Below, piece after piece: positions 51,577-61,700 of a stretch of 64,000 nt of DNA. Source of the DNA: Takakia lepidozioides (Eukaryota; Plantae; Bryophyta); NCBI GenBank assembly GCA_030704615.1, contig CM060731.1:92318001-92382000 (forward strand). The letters are read 5' to 3'. The position numbers and the translations under genes are program-made. Positions within the stretch are counted from its first letter, which is position 1, and each line of letters starts with the position of its first letter. The notes under the pieces were generated by a model. That model made no database searches. It had not been told where the DNA came from and saw nothing but the letters and a program-made list of their open reading frames with translations.

Positions 51577-54500
51577 ATGAAGAGAGTGAGAGGAATGGAG
51601 GAAATCAGGGTGAAGAGCACCACAATTCTGCAGAAACAAACAATTGCTACCCCACAGGCGATGCAGATATTGAAGGAGCTGAGATTGCAAGGATTGCAAA
51701 GCAAAGATTGGACATTGCACCATAGACAGTACATGTTACAATTCTTACAGAACTTTGAGCCAAGGACAGGAGCAACAACGGTGAAGGGAGTTGAATTAGT
51801 AATTACTCCCCTATACCTACAGCAATTGTTTCGATTGCCAGCAGGCCAGGTGCATGTGGAGGAGCACAGGGCAAGACTGCAAATGGGGGACTTATTCAAG
51901 AAGGGAGTTTCTTTAAAACTCGGGGTTATGCTTGTACCAAGGCCGTGTACCCAGGGCTTAAGGAGGTAGGCCAGGTATTGAACGTTCTGTTTTCCATGAA
52001 ACAGAACCAACAGTATTTGAGCAGATCCTTCACAGAGGAAATACTCAAAGCCCTGAGAGGAGAAGAGATAGAATGGGCGGACATAATGTACAACGCACTG
52101 GTAGAGGAGATGAAAAGATTACAGGGTACTGCCGCAAAGTCTCCTATCATAGTGTCTGGCCCAATCATTGCTCAAATAATTCTTGATTCTGGCATCCTTG
52201 ATGCTCGAGAAAGAAAGGAGATGGGAGTGTTTGAGCCAGAAACCACTGCAATGGAAGAGCAAGGCTCTTCACACAGTGAGGGTGGAATGGCAGGACAACA
52301 CGAGAATAAGAGACAGAGGCGCGGAAAGACTGTAGTGGCGGATCCACTGGCTTCAAGGAATCCGCATGATAATGTTTCCCAAGTTTTTGTGCAGGAAGGG
52401 GCACAGCAGCACAGAGAACTGCTATTACTAGAAGCATGACCTTCAGAGAGGGAAGAGGAAGTTACTTCAGTATCACAGCCATCACAGCCAGATGATCGGC
52501 TTGTCACAAGGTTACGAGTTGTCCATGCAGCTCAACCAGAAATAATTGATTTGGAAAAAGAAGGGTTAGATATTCCAACTACAGAACAGATAGTGGCAGA
52601 AATTGAGAAGGGGGACCTTCTCTATGAATATTCTGGTCTGGTCAAGGAGACAGAGATTCCAGAGGTGCAACAGTTGCCCAAGGGAAATCCTGAGGTGCAT
52701 ATAATACACACACCTGTGTCGGAGGTACCACAGGTAGAATGTCAAGACACTGCAGCACCAATGATGGATGAAGTAATTCAGGAAGAAAATCCGGTGGGAC
52801 AATGGCCTGAGTGGTTCGTGAGACATCACGCGGTTGAGGATCTGGAGGAACAGCAGCAACCTCACCATGATGACCCTCAACAGGCAATGCTGATGAGTTC
52901 CATAAGCAGGACACTTAATTTGTTGGGGACTTATGTCAAATCCCATGTTCCAACTACCCAATTGACAGCCTTGAGAGAGGAACTCAGGAAGGAGTTTGAG
53001 GCTCGACTAGCCACTGAGTGTGCAAACAAGGTCGATGAGGAGGTCACTCTCAAGATGCAGCAAGACTTGGAGAATACAGAAGCGGCTTTGCAATTGGCCA
53101 AGGAACAATTGATTGAGGCAGGCCTCGTGCAAGACCAGTTGCACGAAGCACATAAGCAACAGCTATACCAAATGCAGGTGCAGCATGAAAGCAATGTTTC
53201 CTTCATTGTATTCCACTGTAGGTGCCTCGTACCACGCTTGCAAGGCCAGTGCGCGACATCTCTTTGGGATTGAAGGGGATGCCGAGATTTACAAGAACCT
53301 CCTGATGGGTTTGGGTGGACATACTTCTCAAGTCCTTCCGAAGCCCCTACCCGCTGATATTGATACAGGGGAGACTTCCGACAAGGAGCTGGATGACGAC
53401 TTTGCCTGTGAGTAAGTTCAACCTGTGGATGGTTGCATTGTTGTTTCGATACCCAGAATCACTGTTCTTAAGGCAAAGTGCACATGGGAGATATCCTCTG
53501 GGAGATTTGGTTTTGTGGTTGCAAAAGAAGAGAAAGATTAAAGTTTCTAAGTTTAAATCGCCATGGAAGAGACCTTATGTCATACAGAAGATGTATGATA
53601 ACAACACCGCTATGTTACAAACCATTAACAAAGAGATGCTGGGAAGAGTTAATGCCAATAAGTTGAAGGAATACAGTGGTATCCATGACAAACCATTGAG
53701 ACACGATTTGCATGTAGATACACCGAAAGAGTCACGGGCTGCACAGGTAATACCAACGGAACATGACGACCAATTACCAGAAGCGAGTTTATTTGCAGTG
53801 GAGGTGCAGGGAAGTGCAGATGACTGGTTAGATTGGCAGTGGCCAATCAGATACTACCTTACTCATGGTCAGTGCCCACCGAGTTATGGGAAGGAGCAGA
53901 GGAAAAGAATTGCTATCAAGGCTCTACCTTATACTACGGTAGGGGGCAAACTGTATAAGCTAGGACCTAATGGAGAACTAAAACGATGCTTGTACCACCA
54001 TGAAGTAAATAAAGTTTTGGAGGAAGTTCATAAAGGAGTGGCGGGAGGTCATTTTGGAGAAGAGACTACCAGTAGAAAGATACTACTTGCCGGTTATTGG
54101 TGGCCTACTTTGTGTCAAGGATGTACACAAGTATTGTAAAACTTGTGATGAGTGTCAGAGGCTAGGACCATTGCAGAGATCTGGAAAGATGGCTTTGCAT
54201 CCTACAATGCCTATTGAACCATTTCAGAAATGGGGACTGGACTTTGTTGGACCAATAAACCCACCAGCCAAGAATACACAGAACAAGTATATAATCACAG
54301 CCACTGATTATACTACAAAGTGGGTGGAAGCTAAAGCTCTGAGGGACAACACAGCTAAGTCCACACATACGCAGTTGCAGACAGTGCATGACAGGATGGC
54401 CATACAATGTGCTACACTCACAACTATGCTTGGCCAAACTACAAAAGAAATAAACAGTCAAGTAGAAAAAAGTATGAAGGCAGAAGCAGAGAATGTTGAG

Positions 54501-55815
54501 CAAATGAAAATCATTGTCGATATGAAGAATACAATCTATCGCAATGAGGATACTTTCAAGCAATACAGGCAGATTGAAGCTGATCAAGAGAAGCACATCC
54601 TGGAGTTGCAACAAACGATCATGGCCAATAGAAATGAAATCTCGGTCAATAACAAGGCTTGGAAGGAAGCCAATAATCTACTTGCTGCCTATGCGAATTT
54701 GGTTGAACCTCATGCGAAGCGCATGGAGGCTTTACAACAGCAATTAGATGTGTACAAACTAAGAGAGGAGCACACTCTCAAAGGAACCACAAGCAACTTG
54801 GTGGATAACCAACTTATGTAGGTCTGGTTAGCACAAGGCCCAGTGGAGGGCAAAGCACCACGAAAGCTCACCCAAAGCGAGATGAATGAACTCAGCCTCC
54901 AAGTGCAGAACATTGCCACAACTACTATAGACAATGTCTATAGTAGGATAGCGGAGTTACAGGAAGATGTAGACGGACTGCAGACTCAAGTGGAAGACCT
55001 CACTTCAAATATCGACAAAAGAGCCTATATACCTGAGGAACAGTTAATGGCTTCTTATTTACAAGCCAGAACTTTGGCTTTTCAGTCTTCTTCACAGGAG
55101 GTGCAGGAGATGCCAATGATACAAGAACCAGTACCACCAACACCACAACAAGTCACTGTACCAGTAGCTGAACCTGTTGTTCCTATAACCACACCACAGC
55201 CACCACAGCCTGAGGTATGGGGCAATGCTGCTTTTAACCCACCTAAAACTCCAGCTGCAAGGGAATACAGTAGGGCTATGATTATGCCCTTCAACCAAAT
55301 TCCCATCATGTTGGATTTGGCTTGGAAAGAATTTAGTCCTCCGCAGTCATTCGCACGTTACTACCAAATCATGCGCATTTGGCTGCCAATGGCAACTAGG
55401 ACTAAAGTTCGTCCGAACAATCGACATATTGAGGATCATCACTTTGCACAATACTGGCATGAGGCAAGTACAATGTTGAAGGAATTAATTGCCTTCCAAG
55501 TTGTACATGGATTCATTTATACCAAGACCAAGGAGGTAGCAAGTATTGTCATGGGATGCGGGTTATACTACGCTGCTTGTTTTCTGGTACGTTATCACAT
55601 TGAGCAGCACAAGATGCAATCGCGCTTTCTGAGTTATTCCAGTGGGGATCATTGGGTCTTACCTTCAGTGCCACCTCATATGTACCTATATGAGGCAAAA
55701 GTTATGATGCAAAAGGATTCTCAAATTCGTTCATGGTTTCAAGCGGCCTGGAACAATTTGTCAACACAGAAATTCGGCATTGATGATATTTTCTATAAGG
55801 GACATGTGGCATTGC
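51577..55815 (+). pseudogene. Long extra ORF downstream of integrase (~1000 aa): putative plant-transposon-protein-like N-terminus, acidic linker, coiled coil, aromatic C-terminal domain
   Basis: Pieces 51945-52439, 52551-53192, 54363-54821 and 54843-55815 share one frame; 51577-~51920 is joined by a frameshift; QFLQNF...TVKGVELVIT...LFRLP...ALRGEEIEWA pattern. Interrupted by an insertion and truncated at the 3' LTR. Confidence 0.75.
53193..54362 (+). other. 1170-bp composite insertion: foreign exon-containing DNA + integrase C-terminal copy + integrase N-terminal copy
   Basis: 53194-53499 unrelated; 53500-~53765 similar to 50307-50570; ~53765-54365 similar to 49167-49776. The flanks rejoin as QHES/THTQLQ. 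Confidence 0.85.
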
Positions 55816-56721
55816 TGACAGCAGAGCACTTTAGAAGGGGGTTACACAGCCCGTCACAGCCAACACAGCCAGTCACAGCCAACACAGCCCGTCACAGCTT
55901 CACACAGCCCGACACAGCCCATCACAGCCAACACAGCCCGTCACAGCCGACACAGCCACACAGCCAGTAACAGCCCGACACAGCCAAACACAGTCGCACA
56001 GCCAGTCACAGCCCGACACAGCCGGTCACAACCCGTCACAGTTTCACACAGCCAGTCACAGCTTGACACAGCTGTCACGACCATAGGGAAAGGATAGCAG
56101 GACAGGGAACGACTGTGGGGAACAACACCTGCGAAGGGAACATGTTAGTTCACGGACGACGGTTAGTGAGGGAAGCGGTTAAGAACAACGGGTAGGAAGA
56201 TAAAAGGAGGAGCAAGGACTGAAGGAGGACACTTCACGGGGAGACTACTTGGTCATGCATGAGAGGGGATCGGGCGGAGAGCAAGAACGGAAACAAAGAT
56301 GGAGAGCACGGTGAAGGAGGAGAGATGATTAGTAGATGCTTGTTATATGCAAAGCTGTAGTGATATTGTAGAGCAGATTAGAGACACAATGGCTTCGGCC
56401 TGATACCTGATAAATCATAATCTGATACTTATACGATACAATCACACTGTGTAGAGAGATCTGAGTGAAGCTGTGGAATGAATGATGAGTTGATGGAATC
56501 CGATAGATTGATGAAGCAAACTGATACTTAAATTATCACAAGTAAGGTAGCTAACATGAATGCGGAAAGGAAAACAAATAGGAAACACCCCCATGATACA
56601 CTAGTTGTAGGTCATGACTGATTGTTCTGAGCGGGCTGAGTACTTAGAGATTTCCAACTCTTCTATCTTGGAGTTTCCGCCGCGGATAGCGAAGGGATGG
56701 GTGAGTAAAAGCCGCGCGACA
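55816..56721 (+). repeat. 3' LTR of Gypsy copy 1, lacking its first 91 bp and the polypurine tract
   Basis: Homology to the 5' LTR begins at tgacagcag (43002). 55973-56721 vs 43121-43869 shows one mismatch by eye. Confidence 0.93.
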
Positions 56722-57264
56722 ACCCCTACACTTGTCATCGATGTCAACTAAGAACCTCAAAAACAAGAGAGAAAGACATGAAGTAAAAGCTGAAACCCTA
56801 AACACCAAAAGCACCTTAAACGATTGGGGAAGGTAACTGTGCGCCATCGCCATCAGCAAGCCACCTCCAGCACAGCTAAGGAGAAGTGAAGCATACAAAT
56901 GCTAGGTTTAAGAAGGGAGAGAGAGAGATGTACTTCCCCACACAAGCGCCGCTGCGAAACATAAAAGCCAGAGGAGGGAAAGAGACGATGCCATCACAGC
57001 GGGGTGAGAAGAGACAAGACGCCGCCATTGCGCATCCCCAGAAGCTCGTCCGGCATGGGCACGAAGCAGCATTGGAACAGGGGCTAAGAGGTGCGGCAAG
57101 GCCATGGAATGTGCACCTAGGATTTCAGAGCTTGGAAGGAGAGTTCTTGCACCACAAGAGGAGTGTCTTGTGGCTGGAAATGTAAGCCTTAGGGTTTCAG
57201 GAGCTTGGCAAAGGCTGTGGAGTGCTCTGTCTTGTCTTAGAGAGCATCAAGGAGCCAAGGAGCC

Positions 57265-57690
57265 AAGATAGGGGGCTGATACCTCTTGTGTGAAGGGGTT
57301 GCATGTGTGGAGCATGCATGCAGCCCATTGAAGCTTCCATCTTCGAGCTTGGAGGGCAAGCAAGGAAGAGGGAAGGGCTGATTTCTCTTATGTGAGGGCC
57401 ATGCATGTGTAGAGCATGCTTTCAACATGTTGAAGGCTTGTACTTTCAGGTTTGGGGGTGCAAGAAAGGAAGGAAGGGGCTGGTTTCCCTGTAGGGCATG
57501 TGTGGAGCATGCCTTTAGTCCATTGGGCTTTTGTTTTCAAGCTTTAGAGAGCTAGAATGGAAGGGCTAGGGCTGGTTCCCACTTGGGTGAAAGAAAAGCA
57601 CTTGTAGGGCATATGTGAGTTGGGGTTTCAACTTCAAGCTTGAAGGGAGCACAACTCTTGAAGCAGCAGGTGCAGGGGCTGGATTAGGTG
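57265..57690. repeat. Degenerate tandem repeat, ~100-bp unit, about 4 copies
   Basis: Recurrent gggctg(a/g)tt...gcatgtgtggagcatgc...caagctt. Confidence 0.65.
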
Positions 57691-58027
57691 CGAAGGGGCG
57701 TGTTATGGTCAAGAAAAGCGCGTGAATGAGTGCCTACAAGGGCTGGAAGTCAGCCATGTTTGGTTAGTCGCCATAGGGATCAATGGCGTTGTTTTGTGAG
57801 TTAAAATGAAGCTTGTGCACTTAGTTTTGGTTGCAAACATCTTCATTTGGAATTAGAGCTAATTGGTGGTGGGTGGAGCCATAAAGAGCAAGAATACCTT
57901 GCTGATTTCCTCACAGCCGCCATAGCTCGGTGCAAAGAAGCTAGAGTCCAAGAGACACAAACCTAGCTTGGCGTGGCTAAACCCTTTGGGAGAAATGGCT
58001 AAACTGCCATGAACGGCCATGGATGGG

Positions 58028-58751
58028 GATGTGACGGGCTGTGATAGGCTGTGGCCTGTGGCCTGTGGGGTTGTGACAGGCTGTGGCCGTGATGCTGACC
58101 CTGTCACCGGTGTAGGTGGGCTGTTGTGACTTGTGGCCTGGGGGGGCTATGATGGGCTGTGACGGACTATGACAGGTTGTGCCCTGTGACCTTTGGGGTT
58201 GTGACAAGCTGTGACATGTGGCCTGTGGGGCTGTGATGGGGCTGTTGATGGGCTGTGCCATGTGGCCTTTGGGGCTGTGACAGATTGTGACCTGTGGCCT
58301 GTGGGGCTGTGATAGGCTGTGACAGGCTATGCCCTGTGGCCTTTGGGGGTGTGATGCACTGTGACTGCGCCCCCACCGTGACTGGCTCTACCCTGTGGCC
58401 TGTGGGGCTGTGGCCTGTGGGGTTGTGACCGGCTTCTGTGAGATGTGTTTGTTGTGACGGCTGTGACCTGTGGCCTTTGGGCTGTGTGTTGTGAGAGGTG
58501 TGGCCTCTGATGCTGTGACCCTATCACCTGTGTAGGGCTGTGATAGGCTGCGACCTGTGGCCTGTGGGGCTGTGATGGGCTTTGACGGACTGTGACAGGC
58601 TGTGCCATTGTGCCTTTGGGGTTGTGACAGGCTGTGACCTGTAGCCGGTGGGGCTGTGTGTTTCTGTGTAATGGGTTGATGGGCGGTGTGACGGGCTGTG
58701 CCCTGTGGCCTTTGGGGCTGATGGGTTGTGATAGGCTGTGTCCTGTGGCCT
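58028..58751 (-). repeat. Minisatellite array (ggctgtgaca / ctgtggcc), reverse complement of the Gypsy cacagcc motif
   Basis: ~720 bp of ggctgtg/ctgtggcc/ttgtgaca subunits, cut by the copy-2 LTR at 58752. Confidence 0.9.
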
Positions 58752-61700
58752 TGTTAGAGGGTTGTTGGGGACTTAGACATTTTTACGGGTTCTGTGGGGT
58801 ACCCTTAATTTTGCGAGACTTATGGATGGTTAGACTTAGACCAACAGAGGCCTTAGGGGTGACAGGCGAAGCTTTAGGAGGGGGGGGGGGGGGTAGACAG
58901 GCTTACACAGCCAGTCATAGCCCGTCACAGTCCGACACAACCAGTCACAGCCCGACATAGCCTCACACAGCCTGTCACAGTCTATCTCAGTCCGATACAG
59001 CTAGTCACAGCTTGGCACAGTCAGTCACAAAATACATAGGGAACGGTTATCATTGGCAGGGAACGACTGGCATGCAGATGAGGGAGAGCAGCAACGAAGG
59101 GGGGATCACTTCACGCGGAGCGCTTCTTGGACATGCATGAGAGGAGATCAGGCGGAGAGCAAGAATGGGAGCAAGGATGGAGAGCACGATGAAGGATGAA
59201 AGATGATAGTAGATGCTTGTTACATGCTAAAGCGGTTGTAGTGATACTGTAGGGCAGATTAGAGGCACCATGGCATTGGGCCTATACCTGATAAATCATA
59301 ATCTGATGTTTATTCGATACAATCACACTGTGTAGAGAGACATGAGTGAAGCTGTGGAATGAATGGATGAGTGAATGGAACCTGGTAGATACTGAAGCAA
59401 TCTAATGCTTCAGTATACACAGTAAGGTAAATTGCTAACATGAAGGTAAGAAGAAATACAAATAAGAAGCACAACCATGATTCACTAGATGTAGATCATG
59501 ACTGATTGTTCTGAGCGGGCTGAGGGCTTAGAGATATCCAACTCTTTATCTTGGAGTTTCACCTCGGATTAGCGAAGGGAGGGGTGAGTAGAAGCCGCTC
59601 GACATTTGGCGACCATACTGGGGATGGGTCATGAACAACCAGATGTGACAGGCATCTGGTGGGATCATGGTGTTGGAGAATAAAGAATTTGATGTGAATC
59701 AAATTCCCTGTGGAACTGAGAAGGAAGATTGTCCCAACAATTCTTTCAGAGGTTCTTGGAATGCCAGACGGTTGTAAAGAAAACATTCTTAAGAGAGTGC
59801 ATGATGCTAACCCTGAGTGGGGTCTGGAGAAAGGAGTGATAAAGATTTATCAGGTGGCCTATAGAGGGAGAGCACGTGGTACCACACTGGTTATGTGATA
59901 GCATTGGTATCCATTAAGCGAGTAGAGTTTGAAGGCTGGGAGGAAAAGAAAGTGAATGTTTACACTCATATGCATAAAGAACTTGTACTGGTAAAGAGTT
60001 GGATTCCGAGGATATCTTGTGGATCAAATTTACACCAAGACAGCTTCCAACATGTTTGCCATATGGTTATATGGTAACAGAGACTTCTAGTATAGCCAAG
60101 GGTGCATTGAAGCTTGAAAGAAATCCGGGCATATACGAGAGATACTACAGGAGAGAGTTTTGGTTATTGCCTCATTAAAGATATGAAAGACATGGGACGT
60201 GAATGATGAAAGAGAAGCTAGACTCCAGAGATATTCAGCAAAAAGAGAAAGTTATCTGAAAGCTAATTATCATATGTTGGGGAGAGAGGAATAGACATAG
60301 GGGAATCATCTGGACCTCTCACACCATTAAGATCAAAGATTACATCACCATACCGGAAGAACTAGAGTTGGAGCATCCTCTTATTCCTTACAAGAAAGAT
60401 TAAGGAATTGGTACGGGAAGAAAGATAAGCCAAGGGGGAGAGGATTTGGGTACATCCCTGGATAAACGATTTGATAGAAAACTTTGATAAGAGTTGGCAT
60501 GGAACACCAAAAGCGGGAACTCCAGTTTCTGAAACGGAAGACGAAGAAGGAGGGGAGGATGTGGCAGAGCCAACGGAGAGTTCAGACTCTCCAACACCAT
60601 TGCAATTGAGTTACATAAGTGAAGAGAAAGAAACCCAAGAGCAGAACTTGGAAGATAAAAACAGAGAGAAGAAATTGGAAGATAAAGAGTATGAAGAAGT
60701 AGACCCAATAGTTGAGGTTGAGACTACGACCAGGACATCCCAACCTGTTGGACCTGGATCAAGTGGAGCACTTGGATCACAGGCCAACGAAGGTGTTGGC
60801 TTAGGGGGATCAGACGGGCAGCCTGGATCTGGCTCTGGGGGGACAGGGAGTGTGGGAAGTAGTGCAACTGGAGCTGGGAATACTATGAATATCGTGGGGC
60901 CAGTAGCAGGGAGTGCTCAGGGGCCAGCACTCGGTGGGAGATCCACCACTACTACAACAGGTCCTCAAGGACCAGCACCAACAGGGGGACCAGCACCTGT
61001 CAGTGGGCAGGGTGTAGGGCCACAGATGGTGGTACAACCAACACGGGCAAAACCACCTTTTCCAATATATGCAGGGAAAAAGGATCCTGATGTACACATC
61101 AGCCAATTTGATCACATGTGTATTGTGAACAATGAAAATGGCGATGATGCCAAGATGAGACTGTTCCCATGTTCACTTATTAAGAAAGCAAGTGAATGGT
61201 ATGCAAGATTCCCTGATAATCATTTCCTAACCTGGAATGGCCTTAGTACGGCATTCCGAAACAGGTTTAGGACAAGCAAAACTGAGGATGAAGTGTATGG
61301 GAGTTTACAACAGTTAAAGCAAAAGAAGCATGAAACTGTTGAGGAGTACATGGAAAAGATGGAATTGATGATGAAAAAGCTGGCTGCTGTACCAGCACCA
61401 GGGTTACAGAAGACTTGGTTTGTGAATGGACTAAGACCAGAGTTGCAAAAGAAAGTGGATATGCTACCCCATAATACAGTGGAGGAGGCATTTGAAACAG
61501 CTAACAGAATTGAGCAATTGGGAATGCTCAGGAGAGAGAAAATGGATGATGAGGACTCTGAGGAGGAGTCAAATGAGGAAGAAGAGCAAGAGCTCAAGAG
61601 GAAGAGTAAGAAGAATGAAAAGTTGAAGAGGGATAACTATGAGAAAAGGCTGGAAGAGATCTTGAAGAAGTATGCCACAGAGGCTGTAACACATTTGAGG

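Larger units (their letters stand above)
42911..56721 (+). mobile_element. Ty3/Gypsy LTR retrotransposon, copy 1 (13.8 kb, non-chromovirus-like, defective)
   Basis: TG...CA termini; 5-bp TSD ACCCC at 42906-42910 and 56722-56726; PBS; gag-PR-RT-RH-INT order; extra ORFs 5' and 3'. Confidence 0.97.

Noticed and set aside
56794-57198. Telomeric AAACCCTAA motifs
   Set aside because: Single isolated copies (telo-box-like), not an interstitial telomere array.
57859-58960. ORFs rich in SQP/TAP/HRP repeats
   Set aside because: Translations of the minisatellite in several frames; no evidence of coding.
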